Shown here: positions 29,977-41,458 of the stretch, in pieces
Numbering within the stretch: position 1 is the stretch's first letter
Layout: every line of letters starts with the position of its first letter
Assembly (NCBI GenBank): GCA_017440805.1
Contig: JAFSGN010000022.1
Coordinates: 60,225 to 124,224, forward strand
Reading direction: 5' to 3'
Source of the DNA: Clostridia bacterium
GTDB taxonomy: Bacteria > Bacillota > Clostridia > Oscillospirales > SIG627
DNA length: 64,000 nucleotides
Program-made: the position numbers and the translations under genes
Notes under the pieces: generated by a model
What the model saw: the letters and a program-made list of their open reading frames with translations, nothing else
The model's database searches: none
Told to the model about the DNA's origin: nothing

Positions 29977-30579
29977 TTATATTTCTGTACCGGACATTAA
30001 AAACCGGGTAAACTTCTCCATTGCTACAGCACGATGACTGATTTTATTTTTTATTTCTTCTCCGAGTTGAGCAAAGGTTTTTTTGTATTCATCAATATAA
30101 AATACCGGGTCATAACCAAATCCGCCCTCACCCATTCTTTCAGAAGTTACTGTACCGTGGCACTCGCCTCTGAAGATATGCGGTTTGCCATTTGAATCAA
30201 TATAAGAGATAACTGAAACAAAATATGCACTTCTGTCCGCCTTATCATTCAGATTTTCAAGTAATTTGTCAATGTTCTTTTCATCGTTTTTCTCTTCTCC
30301 CGAATATCTTGCGGAATAAATACCCGGTTCACCATTTAATGCATTGACACAAATTCCACTGTCATCAGCAAAAACAGGTAATCCGCAAAAATCAAAAACT
30401 GTCTTTGCCTTTATAAGTGCGTTTTCCTCAAAAGTTGTTCCGTTTTCTTCAACATCTCCCTCAAATCCTATATCGTCAAGTGATAAAATTTGCGGGGTGT
30501 CAGATGGAATACTTTTAGAAAGGATTTCACGCAATTCATGTATTTTCTTTTTGTTTCTGGATGATATTACTATTTTCAT
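29977..30579 (-). CDS. rdgB: Non-canonical purine NTP pyrophosphatase (RdgB/HAM1 family)
   Basis: Motifs TFEENALIKA, ADDSGICVNALNGEPGIYSARY, GFGYDPVF and ISHRAVA. Confidence 0.92.
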   Translation of the reverse strand: MKIVISSRNKKKIHELREILSKSIPSDTPQILSLDDIGFEGDVEENGTTFEENALIKAKTVFDFCGLPVFADDSGICVNALNGEPGIYSARYSGEEKNDEKNIDKLLENLNDKADRSAYFVSVISYIDSNGKPHIFRGECHGTVTSERMGEGGFGYDPVFYIDEYKKTFAQLGEEIKNKISHRAVAMEKFTRFLMSGTEI

Positions 30580-30599
30580 AAAAAATACCCTTTCGGTTA

Positions 30600-31508
30600 T
30601 TAATCAAACAATGCTTTAACAAATTCTTCGGCATCAAACGGCTGTAAGTCCTCCATTTTTTCTCCGACACCTATATATTTAACAGGAATTCCAAGTTCAT
30701 TTTTAATTGAGAAAACCATACCGCCTTTGGCAGTACCGTCGAGTTTTGTGAGCACAATTCCGGTAATATCTGCAATATTTTTAAATTCCTTTGCCTGAAT
30801 TATAGCATTCTGTCCTGTAGTTGCGTCCAGAACCAAAAGAATTTCCCGGGAACAATCAGGTAGTTCTCGGTCTATTACACGAGTAATTTTGTTTAATTCA
30901 TCCATAAGATTTTTCTTATTGTGAAGCCGTCCCGCAGTATCGACAACAAGAACATCTGTGTTATTGTGTTTTACCGACGAAATCGCGTCATACACTACTG
31001 CAGCCGGATCGCTTCCTTCGTTTTGCTTGATTAAACCAACACCAGCACGCTCTGCCCACACCTCAAGTTGTTCGATTGCAGCGGCACGAAAAGTATCTGC
31101 TGCCGCAAGTTGAACTTTCTTTCCGCTTTGCTTAAGATAATGTGCAATTTTGGCAATAGAAGTTGTTTTTCCGACTCCGTTCACACCGATAACAAGAACT
31201 GTAGAGGGTTTTGTTTCGAGTTTCAAAGAATTATCTTCACAACCTATATTATCAATGAGTATTTGTATAAGTGCTTGTTTTACCTGTTCGCTCTCCTCTA
31301 ATTTTTCATCTTTAATTTTCTGCCGTAATTCATCAATCATAGAAAAAGCAACAGACGCACCCACATCTCCAAGAATAAGCAATTCCTCAAGTTCTTCAAG
31401 AAAATCCTCATCAATTTTTACAAACGATTTGAAAAGATTATCCATTTGTTTTACAACATTTTCTTTTGTCTTTGAAAGACCTTGCTTTAACTTTTCAAAA
31501 AATCCCAT
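30600..31508 (-). CDS. ftsY: Signal recognition particle receptor FtsY
   Basis: NG domain with GVNGVGKTTSIAK, DTAGR and TKLDGTAKGG. Confidence 0.95.
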   Translation of the reverse strand: MGFFEKLKQGLSKTKENVVKQMDNLFKSFVKIDEDFLEELEELLILGDVGASVAFSMIDELRQKIKDEKLEESEQVKQALIQILIDNIGCEDNSLKLETKPSTVLVIGVNGVGKTTSIAKIAHYLKQSGKKVQLAAADTFRAAAIEQLEVWAERAGVGLIKQNEGSDPAAVVYDAISSVKHNNTDVLVVDTAGRLHNKKNLMDELNKITRVIDRELPDCSREILLVLDATTGQNAIIQAKEFKNIADITGIVLTKLDGTAKGGMVFSIKNELGIPVKYIGVGEKMEDLQPFDAEEFVKALFD

Positions 31509-34500
31509 TATTCCGCTTTAAATCCTTTCATTTCCAGTTGGTTAAAATCAATTTTCAAGAAGTCAGTAACACCTTTTTCCTGCATTGTTACACCATACAG
31601 TATATCAGCCGCTTCCATAGTTCCGCGTCTGTGGGTTATTACTATAAACTGAGTGTCATCAGTATATTTCTTTATATATTCACCAAAACGATAAACATTT
31701 GTATCATCAAGCGCCGCTTCAATTTCATCAAAAACGCAGAACGGTGCCGGATTAACATTAAGAATAGCAAAATACAAAGCAATAGCAACAAATGCCTGTT
31801 CTCCGCCAGAAAGAAGTGATAGACTTTTTATAACCTTTCCGGGAGGCTGAATATTAATATCAATACCGCAATCTAGAATATCACCATTATCAACAAGATT
31901 GATTTCACCATATCCACCGCCAAACAATTCGGCGAATGTCTGTTTAAAATTCTTGCGTATCTGTTCAAATGTTGTTGTAAACATTTCCCGCATAACCGAT
32001 TCCATTGAACTTATCAGTTTTTCGAGTTCTTTTTTTGCGTTATCAATATCGTCATATTGTGCTTTTACAAACGCATAGTTTTTCTTCTCTTCCTCAAATT
32101 GTTCTACGGCTTCCATATTTACAGAACCAAGTTGCTTGATTTGAATTTTTATTTCACTCAGTTCCTTATTCTTTTCTTTTCTGTCTCCTGATATATTATT
32201 CTCTACTAAATATTTTTCAGCATCTGTATAGGTAAATTCGTATTCTTCCCACAGCATAGATATCAGGCTGTCTTTTTCCGCTGTATTTGAATCAAGTTTT
32301 GACTGAAGTGATGTATAAAGTTGCAGTGCCTCCTCCTTTTCTGAACTTTGTGTTTTTTGCAATGCACGCAAATCAAACAATTCTTTTTGCACCCTATCAA
32401 TATCCGAGAGAATTTTTTGATGTTCCTGCTTGATAACCTCTTCACTGCTTTTTAATTCCTCAAGCGAAATAATCAGATTTTCTTTCTCACGGTTTGATTT
32501 TTCCATCGCACTCTTTACGGCTTCAAGTCCGCTTGACGCACTGTTTAGTGTATTATTCAAATTGTTGATAAGTACTGAAAGTGAGTTGAGTTTTTCTTTT
32601 ATACGACCTATTTCACCGCTGTATGATTCGCGTTCAATAAACAAATCCGTTTTTGCTTTTTTGTTGTTTTCCAGTTGCTCTTCAAGCGACTTATAACCGG
32701 ACTCAAGTTTTTGATGCTCATTTTTTAATGTTTTTAAAGTATCTTTTAATGAATCGGTATTCAACTGTATTTCCGCAATTTCGTCATCAATTGTACGGGA
32801 TGTTCCGGAAATATTATTTTTTCCCGCATTAAGTACCGAAATATTTTCTTCAATATCTCTTGCACGGTTAAGTTCGATTTTTAAATCATTTTCAATACCG
32901 AAAATCCGTTCATTAATAACAGACAACTCACGCGATGCAACCTTGAGAGTATCTTCCCGGCTTTTAAGACAAGCCTCCTTTTCGGATACATCTTTGGATA
33001 CGGAATTAAAATCCGACTCAACTTTTTTAATTTCGTTCGAAATATTTATAATATCCCGATTTCTGGACAGTATTCCTGATTTAGATACAACTTGTCCACC
33101 CGTAAATGAACCGCCCGGATTAATAATCTGACCGTCAAGAGTAACTACGCGAACCTTAAAATCAAGTTTTTTGGCAATAGCAGTGGCATTATCGATATTA
33201 TCTGCAACAATTATTTTACCAAGCAGGTTTTCGACAATATTCTTGTAAATAATATCGTAATCGCAGAGAGCACTTGCGGGGCCGATATATCCCTGCATTC
33301 TATCCACATTGTTTATCGGAATAAATGTGCCTCCCGTCACCGTGTTTAAAGGCATAAATGTTGCTCTGCCCAAATTAGTTTTCTTAAGATATAAAATTGC
33401 ATTTTTTGCAGATAAATCATCCCGGCAGACAATATTCTGCATTTTACCGCCAAGAACGGTTTCTATTGCCGAAATATATTGTTCGTCGGTACGAAGTATT
33501 TTTGAAACAGGGTTATGGATACCCTCAATCAAATTGCTCTCCGCTGCCCTCATTATTTCCTTTACACTTCCTGAAAATCCTTCCAGAAGTCTGTCCATAC
33601 GCAAAAGTGTATTGTGACGCTGGTTAAGTTCCATTAATTTCAGGCGTTTTTCCTGTTTTACAGCATTTAATTCCTCAAGTTCTTCACGAAGTGTTTCTAC
33701 TGTTTCTGCAGACTCCGCCAAGTCTTTTTGGTACTGTTTTGCACTCTCTGCAATTTCCTCAGATAATTTTCTCTTCTCATCATTTTCTTCATTGATGATT
33801 TTAAGTTGGTTTTTTAAATTTTCTATTCGCTGTTCTATTTCCGTTATTTGTTGGCGACGCGCTGTTTCAAAACCTTCTTTTGATTTTACAAGCAACTCGT
33901 TCCGGGATATTTCTTTTTCCAAACTTTCAATTTCAGATGTTTTTTGGGACATCTGATTATACAGTTTTTGTATTTCTCCGGAAAGACAATTCGCCTCATC
34001 GTCAATTTTAAATTCTAAACTCTCAAACTTTTTGAATTCTTCCGTTTTATCGTTATACTCCCTCAGCAATACATCCTGACGAGGCAAAAGTTCTTCAAGG
34101 CTCTTTTTTGCACTTTCAAGGTTTTCGGTTTGCTCTTTTACATTTTTTTCAAAATGTATGCTGTCATTTTCCTGTACTGATATTTTTGCTGTTATTTCAC
34201 CTTGTTCGCGTGTTATATCCTTGAGTTTGTCCTGAATAGACGATGCATCGGAATTAAGTTTTTGCGTGAGAATATACTTTTTATCAGTTTCGTTCTCAAG
34301 TACCTCAAGTTTTTCCGTAATTTTATCAAGAAGTGCTTTTTGTAATCTGCAACTTTGTTCCGTACCCTCTTGTTCTTCGCGCAGCGCCTTGATTCTCTGA
34401 TACCAAATCAGAATTTCAAGATTCTTTTTCACTTTAATATATTCACGGTATTTGGCGGCTTTTTCTGCCTGTCGTTCCAAAACAGGAAGTCTTTTTTCGG

Positions 34501-35092
34501 TTTCTGAAAGAATATCAAATATTCTTAACTGATTCTCATTTGTCGAAGCAAGTTTTTTTACCGCCTCATTTTTACGGTACTTATATTTGGATATTCCTGC
34601 TGCCTCTTCAAAAATTCCTCGCCGTTCATCACTTTTTTGTGAAATAATTTCTGCAATCCTGCCCTGTCCGATTACAGAATAACCCTCTTTACCTATACCG
34701 GTATTAAGAAACAACTCAACAATATCTTTAAGGCGGGATGTCTTTTTATTTATCATATATTCACTATCGCCCGAACGATACAAGCGTCTTGTGACGAAAA
34801 CGGTATCTTCATCACATGCAAGTTTTCTGTCAGTGTTGTCAAGTTCCATTGTAACTTCGGCAAAACTTGCCTGTCGGCGTGTGGAAGTGCCGTTAAAAAT
34901 GACATCCTCCATTTTTCCGCCTCTCATAGTCTTTGGAGACATTTCTCCCAAAACCCATCTTATGGCGTCAGATATATTGCTCTTTCCGCTTCCGTTAGGA
35001 CCGACAATTGCTGTTACACCCTTGTCAAATGATATTTTCACCTTATCCGGAAACGATTTAAAACCTTGTATTTCAAGTTGCTTTAAGAACAA
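31508..35092 (-). CDS. smc: Chromosome segregation protein SMC
   Basis: 1194 aa. N-terminal Walker A GPNGSGKSN, long coiled coils with a central hinge, and C-terminal LSGGEQ signature plus Walker B CVFDEIEAALD. Confidence 0.96.
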   Translation of the reverse strand: MFLKQLEIQGFKSFPDKVKISFDKGVTAIVGPNGSGKSNISDAIRWVLGEMSPKTMRGGKMEDVIFNGTSTRRQASFAEVTMELDNTDRKLACDEDTVFVTRRLYRSGDSEYMINKKTSRLKDIVELFLNTGIGKEGYSVIGQGRIAEIISQKSDERRGIFEEAAGISKYKYRKNEAVKKLASTNENQLRIFDILSETEKRLPVLERQAEKAAKYREYIKVKKNLEILIWYQRIKALREEQEGTEQSCRLQKALLDKITEKLEVLENETDKKYILTQKLNSDASSIQDKLKDITREQGEITAKISVQENDSIHFEKNVKEQTENLESAKKSLEELLPRQDVLLREYNDKTEEFKKFESLEFKIDDEANCLSGEIQKLYNQMSQKTSEIESLEKEISRNELLVKSKEGFETARRQQITEIEQRIENLKNQLKIINEENDEKRKLSEEIAESAKQYQKDLAESAETVETLREELEELNAVKQEKRLKLMELNQRHNTLLRMDRLLEGFSGSVKEIMRAAESNLIEGIHNPVSKILRTDEQYISAIETVLGGKMQNIVCRDDLSAKNAILYLKKTNLGRATFMPLNTVTGGTFIPINNVDRMQGYIGPASALCDYDIIYKNIVENLLGKIIVADNIDNATAIAKKLDFKVRVVTLDGQIINPGGSFTGGQVVSKSGILSRNRDIINISNEIKKVESDFNSVSKDVSEKEACLKSREDTLKVASRELSVINERIFGIENDLKIELNRARDIEENISVLNAGKNNISGTSRTIDDEIAEIQLNTDSLKDTLKTLKNEHQKLESGYKSLEEQLENNKKAKTDLFIERESYSGEIGRIKEKLNSLSVLINNLNNTLNSASSGLEAVKSAMEKSNREKENLIISLEELKSSEEVIKQEHQKILSDIDRVQKELFDLRALQKTQSSEKEEALQLYTSLQSKLDSNTAEKDSLISMLWEEYEFTYTDAEKYLVENNISGDRKEKNKELSEIKIQIKQLGSVNMEAVEQFEEEKKNYAFVKAQYDDIDNAKKELEKLISSMESVMREMFTTTFEQIRKNFKQTFAELFGGGYGEINLVDNGDILDCGIDINIQPPGKVIKSLSLLSGGEQAFVAIALYFAILNVNPAPFCVFDEIEAALDDTNVYRFGEYIKKYTDDTQFIVITHRRGTMEAADILYGVTMQEKGVTDFLKIDFNQLEMKGFKAE

Positions 35093-35098
35093 TTCATC

Positions 35099-36103
35099 TC
35101 ACCTCTTTATTTCAACATCAAATCCGCAAAGTTGATTACTTTCGTCAATTTTTAATTTTTTAATTCCGTAATTTTTATATAATTTAATTTTGTTTTCCTT
35201 TTTATGTCCGACAACCTTGGAGGTCATACCTTTTGCAACAGTCAAGTAAAGGGTTTCCCCATTAAATTCTTTTATTTTTTCGGTAATCAAATCATAAAAT
35301 ATCAATGACTCAACAAGTTCACCCAATGCCTCATGATAGCCTCCCGAGAAAACAGTTTCTTTATCAAAAAGATTGTCCGAAGCACAAAGTCCGCATCGAA
35401 TTACTTCAACATTATGTCTGAGAAAAATTTTGTAAACACGATATGCGGAATAAACAGATTCTTCCAGAGACAACGGTGTATATATGCCTTCCTCCGCCAT
35501 TTTCTTTAACTCTGTATCACAAAAAACAACCGTTGGGTAAATCCTGGCAGCCTGTGCACCAATTCTGCATATTTCCAACGCTGTAAACTCTTCTTTTTCA
35601 ATGGTTGACATTGGCAAACCTGTCATCATTTGTCCAACCAAATTAAATCCATACTCTTTTATAAGTCGTGCCGAACGATAACTGTCTTCAAGAGTGTGAC
35701 CTCTTTTAGTTGCAAAGAGAACATCTTCACTAAAACTCTGAAAACCTATTTCAATTGTACTGACACAGTTTTCTTTGAGAATATCAAGTATTTCTTCATC
35801 AATAAAATCAGGTCTTGTTGAAAGTCTTATGGAAGATACTTTTCCAGAATATACATATTCCGAAGCAATTTTAAGAAGTTTTAACATAAGATTTCTTTCT
35901 ATCCCGGTAAAACTTCCGCCAAAAAAGGCTATTTCAGTTGTTGTATCATCTTTAATCGTACTTAATGCAGTTTCAATTTCTGCCGACACAGCATCAGGAT
36001 TAAATGTGGATTTACCTGAAATTTTCCGTTGATTACAAAAAACACAATCGTTGGGGCATCCCTCATGAGGAACAAAAACAGGTATATTCTTATGATTGTT
36101 CAT
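35099..36103 (-). CDS. Radical SAM protein (Elp3-like catalytic core only), unknown substrate
   Basis: CX3CX2C cluster motif GCPNDCVFC near the N-terminus. 334 aa. It overlaps the rnc 3' end by 14 nt and lies 6 nt upstream of smc. Confidence 0.8.
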   Translation of the reverse strand: MNNHKNIPVFVPHEGCPNDCVFCNQRKISGKSTFNPDAVSAEIETALSTIKDDTTTEIAFFGGSFTGIERNLMLKLLKIASEYVYSGKVSSIRLSTRPDFIDEEILDILKENCVSTIEIGFQSFSEDVLFATKRGHTLEDSYRSARLIKEYGFNLVGQMMTGLPMSTIEKEEFTALEICRIGAQAARIYPTVVFCDTELKKMAEEGIYTPLSLEESVYSAYRVYKIFLRHNVEVIRCGLCASDNLFDKETVFSGGYHEALGELVESLIFYDLITEKIKEFNGETLYLTVAKGMTSKVVGHKKENKIKLYKNYGIKKLKIDESNQLCGFDVEIKR

Positions 36104-36824
36104 TTACACTTTGCCCAAAAAGTTCCAGTGCGGATTTTGCCGCAGCCTGTTCCGCTTCGCGTTTGGATGAACCTTTTCCTTTGCCTATAACATTTGAATT
36201 TACCCGTACATCAACCTCGAATATTTTGTTGTGGTCCGGGCCGCTTTCACCAACCTGATGATATTCCAGAATATCACCCTTGTTTTGCTGAATAAATTGC
36301 TGAAGTAATGTTTTATAATCTCGTAAATTGCCATTGGATATGATACGGTTTACACTTTTTTTAATATACGGAAGCAAGAAATTTCGTGCAGAATCAACTC
36401 CGCTATCCATAAAAATTGCAGCAAGTACCGCTTCAAATGCATCCGCAAGTATTGATTTACGCCCTCTGCCGCCCGCATTTTCTTCGCCTTTACCTAAAAG
36501 CAGATATTTACCTAATTCCAATTTTTTTGCATATTGATAACAGGCATCTTCACATACTGCAGCAGAACGGATTTTTGTAAGGTCACCTTCCTGATATCTT
36601 CCAATGCCGTTAAATATGTAATCGGAAACTACAAAGGAAAGCACTGAATCGCCTAAAAACTCAAGCCTCTCATTGCAGGGGAACACTTTATGCTTACTTT
36701 TGAGTTCATTTGTATACGATGAATGTGTAAGTGCTTCGTATAAATACTCCGGGGTATTAAATGTATATCCGATATTTTTCTGGAGTTCTTCCGCTTTCTG
36801 AACAAAAATTACAGGATAACTCAT
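36090..36824 (-). CDS. rnc: Ribonuclease III
   Basis: Signature ERLEFLGDSVL and a C-terminal dsRBD (GPDHNKIFEV...GKGSSKREAEQAAA). Confidence 0.95.
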   Translation of the reverse strand: MSYPVIFVQKAEELQKNIGYTFNTPEYLYEALTHSSYTNELKSKHKVFPCNERLEFLGDSVLSFVVSDYIFNGIGRYQEGDLTKIRSAAVCEDACYQYAKKLELGKYLLLGKGEENAGGRGRKSILADAFEAVLAAIFMDSGVDSARNFLLPYIKKSVNRIISNGNLRDYKTLLQQFIQQNKGDILEYHQVGESGPDHNKIFEVDVRVNSNVIGKGKGSSKREAEQAAAKSALELFGQSVNEQS

Positions 36825-37841
36825 TTACTCGGCAGCCTCCGCGGTTTGCTTTTTATTTTTTTCCATAGTTTTTATAATTTCCTGTGTTATTCCCGTTTCT
36901 GCAAAAACACTTGCCTGATGAACAGCATTTTTGATAGCCTTTGCGTTTGATGAGCCGTGGGCTTTTATAACCGGAGCCGAAACCCCCAAAAGCGGTGCTC
37001 CGCCATACTCTGTATGGTCAAGTTGCTTTTTCAATGCTTTTATATTCCGCATAACCATAAGAGCGCCTATTTTGGTCATAATATTTTGTTTGAAAATATT
37101 TTTGAGTGTACGGGACATATATGAGCCAAAACCTTCGCAAAGTTTAAGAATAATATTTCCTGTAAATCCATCTGCAACAATAACATCACATACTCCCGAT
37201 GGTACATCTCTGCCTTCTATATTTCCAATAAAATTTATACCTTCGGTATTCCGCAAAAGTTCATTTGCCAAAACATACGCTTCTGTTCCCTTTGTAGTTT
37301 CGGAACCATTATTTATAAGGGCAACTTTGGGGTCCTTTATACCGAAAATATTCCTCATGTAAATATAGCCCATTATAGCAAACTGCTGAAGATATTCAGG
37401 CTGATTGTCGGTATTTGCACCGCTGTCAAGTAAAAGCATAGGTTTATCAAGAGGTATAATAGCACCTATGGCTGCGCGTTTTATCCCCTTTATTTTTTTA
37501 AGTATAAGACTCGCACCTGTAAGTATCGCACCTGTATTTCCTGCCGAAACAACAGCATCACCTTCCCCGTCTCTCAAGAGAGAAAAAGCAATTGCCATTG
37601 AAGAATTCTTTTTACTTTTTACAACGCAAATAGGGTTATCCTCCATTGTGATAACACTTTCGGAATTTACTATTTTTATCCCGTCATCGGAAAGGGTATT
37701 TTCTGCCATAACCTTATTAATTATTTCTGTATCACCAACCAATGTTATATCAACGCCATACTCCGCGCGGGCAGCGACAGCACCTTTTATAATTTCGACA
37801 GGAGCATTATCTCCACTCATAGCATCAACAATTATTCTCAT
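36825..37841 (-). CDS. plsX: Phosphate acyltransferase PlsX
   Basis: [15 protein letters not shown]-terminus, with the conserved DSGAN and GFTGN regions. 338 aa. Its stop codon directly abuts the rnc start. Confidence 0.94.
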   Translation of the reverse strand: MRIIVDAMSGDNAPVEIIKGAVAARAEYGVDITLVGDTEIINKVMAENTLSDDGIKIVNSESVITMEDNPICVVKSKKNSSMAIAFSLLRDGEGDAVVSAGNTGAILTGASLILKKIKGIKRAAIGAIIPLDKPMLLLDSGANTDNQPEYLQQFAIMGYIYMRNIFGIKDPKVALINNGSETTKGTEAYVLANELLRNTEGINFIGNIEGRDVPSGVCDVIVADGFTGNIILKLCEGFGSYMSRTLKNIFKQNIMTKIGALMVMRNIKALKKQLDHTEYGGAPLLGVSAPVIKAHGSSNAKAIKNAVHQASVFAETGITQEIIKTMEKNKKQTAEAAE

Positions 37842-39135
37842 TTACATAACTCCTTATTATGTTTAGTGCTCTTTGAGCCAGGTACGCATTTTTAACTTTT
37901 TTTCCGCCTTTTATTTTTATGTCGGCAGGTGCTACAATACCAAAATTCACATTCATAGGCTGAAAATCTTTTACTGTTTCATCTGAAATATATTCAGACA
38001 GTGCACCGATAGCCGTCATATTACCAAAGGAAACCTGCTCAATACCTTTTTCAAGATTTGCAGCATTTATTCCGGCACATAACCCGGAAGATGCCGACTC
38101 TACATATCCCTCTACACCGGTTATCTGACCGGCGAAAAATAATCTCGGGTTACTCTTTAAAGAATAAAATTTATTCAAAAGTTTGGGAGAATTTATAAAG
38201 GTATTGCGATGCATAACGCCATATCTGAGGAAATTGGCATTTTCAAGACCAGGAATAAGAGAAAAAACTCTTTTTTGCTCTCCGAAAGTAAGGTGGGTCT
38301 GAAAACCGACAATATTATACATGGTTGCCGCCTTGTTATCACAACGCAACTGAACTGTGGCATATGCTTCTTTTCCTGTTCTCGGGTCAATAAGACCTAC
38401 AGGTTTCAATGGGCCGAACAATAAAGTTTCAATGCCTCTTTTTGCCATTACTTCTACCGGCATACAACCTTCAAAAACTTTGTTGTCAAAATCTTTAAGG
38501 TGAGCAGTTTCCGCATTAATTAGTTCATTGTAAAAGTTTTCGTACTGTTCCTTTGTCATCGGACAATTGATATAATCTGCATCGCCTTTGTCATATCTTG
38601 ATGCAAAAAATGCCTTTTGCATATCTATAGACGAAAATTCAACAATGGGTGCCGCCGCATCAAAAAATGACAAATACTCGACTCCAAGCATTTCTTTTAA
38701 ACTGTCAAAAAGAGAATCAGATGTAAGCGGTCCCGTTGCAACAACAGTGATTTCATCTTTAAATTCTTCAAGACTGACAACCTCTCTTGACTGAACCTCA
38801 ATAAGAGGATGAGTTTTGATTTTTTCGGTTATATAATCCGAGAATGCCGTTCTGTCAACTGCAAGAGCACTTCCTGCCGGAACGGTATTTGAATATGCCG
38901 AAGTAATAATCAGCGACCCCAAAAGCCTCATTTCTTCTTTAAGAAGACCTACTGCATTCTCCAGTTGGTTTGAACGAAGCGAATTGGAGCACACCAACTC
39001 CGCAAATCCATCACTGTGGTGGGCAGGAGAATGTTTTTGGGGTTTCATTTCTATTAACCGTACATTACATCCGCGTTGCGCGGCTTGCCATGCCGCTTCA
39101 CAACCCGCAAGTCCCGCCCCGATTATATTTATCAT
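37825..39135 (-). CDS. trmFO: Methylenetetrahydrofolate--tRNA-(uracil54-C5)-methyltransferase TrmFO
   Basis: FAD motif [16 protein letters not shown]. 436 aa. Part of the topA-trmFO synteny. Confidence 0.93.
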   Translation of the reverse strand: MINIIGAGLAGCEAAWQAAQRGCNVRLIEMKPQKHSPAHHSDGFAELVCSNSLRSNQLENAVGLLKEEMRLLGSLIITSAYSNTVPAGSALAVDRTAFSDYITEKIKTHPLIEVQSREVVSLEEFKDEITVVATGPLTSDSLFDSLKEMLGVEYLSFFDAAAPIVEFSSIDMQKAFFASRYDKGDADYINCPMTKEQYENFYNELINAETAHLKDFDNKVFEGCMPVEVMAKRGIETLLFGPLKPVGLIDPRTGKEAYATVQLRCDNKAATMYNIVGFQTHLTFGEQKRVFSLIPGLENANFLRYGVMHRNTFINSPKLLNKFYSLKSNPRLFFAGQITGVEGYVESASSGLCAGINAANLEKGIEQVSFGNMTAIGALSEYISDETVKDFQPMNVNFGIVAPADIKIKGGKKVKNAYLAQRALNIIRSYVNENNC

Positions 39136-39151
39136 AGAATCAACCTCGTTG

Positions 39152-41422
39152 TTATTTGTTTTTTGTCGGTTCTGCGTTTTCTTTATATCCGCATTTAGCG
39201 TTTATACAAACAAGTTTATTTCCGGTTTTATATTTATGAAGTGCAAGTAACTCACCACACTTGGGACATTTCTTCTCAGTAGGCAAATTCCACGAAGAAA
39301 AATCACAAGCAGGATAATTATCGCATCCGTAAAAGATTTTCTTTTTGCCGCGTTTCTCAACTATATCCCCGCCGCATTTAGGACATTTAACACCTATTTT
39401 CTTTAATAATTGCTTTGTATATTTACATTCAGGGTATTTTGCACAAGCATAATATTCACCATATGCACCCTTTCTTAAAAGCACATCTGAATTACACAAA
39501 GGACATTTCATACCCTCTGCAATTTTAGGTGTTTCCTGTGCAGCAATATTACCGCTTTTATCAAGAGGTTTCGTATTACGGCATTTGGGATAATTTGCAC
39601 ACGCAGCAAAACGACCGAATCTGCCGCGTTTAATTACCATGTCCCCGCCGCACTTTTCGCATTTTATGTCAAGTTTTTCAACAGGAATTTCAATTTCTTC
39701 CTTTTGAAGTTTTTCTTCTGCTTTTTCGAGAAGTCCGTTAAACTGCGAATAAAACTTCTGAATTATTTTCTTATAATCGATTTCACCGTTTTCTATTTCA
39801 TCCAGCTCATCTTCCATGTTTGCAGTGAATTTATAATCAACAATTTCTGAAAAGTTCTCTCTCATTATATCGGTTGTCACTGTTCCGAGAGGCTTAGGTT
39901 TAAGTGATTTTCCGTCTCTTTCGGCATAGCCTCGTGTTATAATGGTCGATAAAGTCGGAGAATATGTGCTGGGACGACCTATACCTTTTTCTTCCATAGT
40001 TTTGATAAGGGTTGCTTCTGTATAACGCTGAGGAGGTTGGGTGAAATTCTGTGACGGCTCAAGTTCTTTCAATGTAACAGTTTCATTTTCAGAAAGTGCC
40101 GGTATTTTAGTATTTTTCTCGTCTGTTTTACCTTCATCTTGTTCTGCGGATTCTTTGTAAATTGTAGTAAATCCGGCAAATTTCAATGTATCACCCGAAG
40201 AACGGAAGATATATTCAGGATTGGTTGCAGAAGTAATATCTACACTTACCGAATCATAAACAGCAGCCGTCATCTGACTTGCTATAAAGCGTTCCCAAAT
40301 GAGTTTATACAACTTATACTGTTCCGAAGTCAAAAATTGTTTGATACTGTCAGGTTTCAAATTCACATCGGAAGGACGGATGGCTTCATGTGCATCCTGA
40401 ACCTTCTTTTTACTTCTGTATTCATTTGGAACAGAAGGATAATACTGCTCACCGTAATTTGACAAAATATAGTCCTTTGCCATATTCCGTGCTTCTGCCG
40501 AAACACGGGCAGAATCGGTACGCATATATGTTATAAGACCCTGTTCTCCTTTATTTCCGATAACTATACCTTCATATAATTCCTGTGCAATACGCATAGT
40601 ACGGCTGGACTGGAAATTAAGACGACGATAAGCATCCTGCTGAAGTTGAGATGTTATAAACGGTGCAGGAGGATTCTTTGTCTTTTTGCTTTTTTTAATA
40701 TTTTCCACTTTAAAATCAGCATTTTGAATAACCGAGAGAATTTTATCGGTTTCCTGCTTGTTTGAAGGAACAATTTTACCTTCATGAGTACCGTAAAAAT
40801 ACGCTTTAAAAGGCTTTTGTGATGAAGATATGAAATTTGCGTCTATTGTCCAGTATTCTTCCTTAACAAAAGCCTGAATTTCCTCCTCACGCTCTACAAT
40901 CATTTTGGTTGCAACAGACTGAACACGACCTGCGGAAAGTCCGTTGCGCACTTTCTTCCAAAGAAGAGGGCTCAATTTATAGCCGACAATTCTGTCAAGT
41001 ATCCGTCGTGCCTGTTGCGAATTGACTTTATTCATATCAATACACTGAGGAGATGATATTGCAGACCGCACGGCTGACTTTGTTATCTCGTTAAATGTAA
41101 CTCGGTTTGGTTTTGACAAATCAAGTCCAAGCATCTGAGCAAGATGCCAGGAAATTGCCTCTCCCTCGCGGTCAGGGTCAGTTGCAAGATAAACAAGTTG
41201 TGAAGACTTTGCTTCTTTTTTCAGTTCATTTATCAATGAGCCTTTTCCCCTGATATTAATATATTTGGGTTCAAAGTCATTTTCAACATCAATGCCGAAA
41301 GTACTTTTGGGTAAATCTCTTAAATGTCCCTTTGATGCAACAACTTTATAACTTGCACCGAGATAGTTTTTTATTGTATTTGCTTTTGCCGGTGACTCAA
41401 CTATTACTAATGTTTTTTTCAT
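39152..41422 (-). CDS. topA: DNA topoisomerase I
   Basis: TOPRIM motifs [10 protein letters not shown] and DPDREGE. Catalytic Tyr region ITYMRTDS. Four C-terminal CxxC...CxxC zinc ribbons. Confidence 0.96.
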   Translation of the reverse strand: MKKTLVIVESPAKANTIKNYLGASYKVVASKGHLRDLPKSTFGIDVENDFEPKYINIRGKGSLINELKKEAKSSQLVYLATDPDREGEAISWHLAQMLGLDLSKPNRVTFNEITKSAVRSAISSPQCIDMNKVNSQQARRILDRIVGYKLSPLLWKKVRNGLSAGRVQSVATKMIVEREEEIQAFVKEEYWTIDANFISSSQKPFKAYFYGTHEGKIVPSNKQETDKILSVIQNADFKVENIKKSKKTKNPPAPFITSQLQQDAYRRLNFQSSRTMRIAQELYEGIVIGNKGEQGLITYMRTDSARVSAEARNMAKDYILSNYGEQYYPSVPNEYRSKKKVQDAHEAIRPSDVNLKPDSIKQFLTSEQYKLYKLIWERFIASQMTAAVYDSVSVDITSATNPEYIFRSSGDTLKFAGFTTIYKESAEQDEGKTDEKNTKIPALSENETVTLKELEPSQNFTQPPQRYTEATLIKTMEEKGIGRPSTYSPTLSTIITRGYAERDGKSLKPKPLGTVTTDIMRENFSEIVDYKFTANMEDELDEIENGEIDYKKIIQKFYSQFNGLLEKAEEKLQKEEIEIPVEKLDIKCEKCGGDMVIKRGRFGRFAACANYPKCRNTKPLDKSGNIAAQETPKIAEGMKCPLCNSDVLLRKGAYGEYYACAKYPECKYTKQLLKKIGVKCPKCGGDIVEKRGKKKIFYGCDNYPACDFSSWNLPTEKKCPKCGELLALHKYKTGNKLVCINAKCGYKENAEPTKNK

Positions 41423-41458
41423 ACGACAATGTATTCTTATCCTTTCATGTATAGTATA

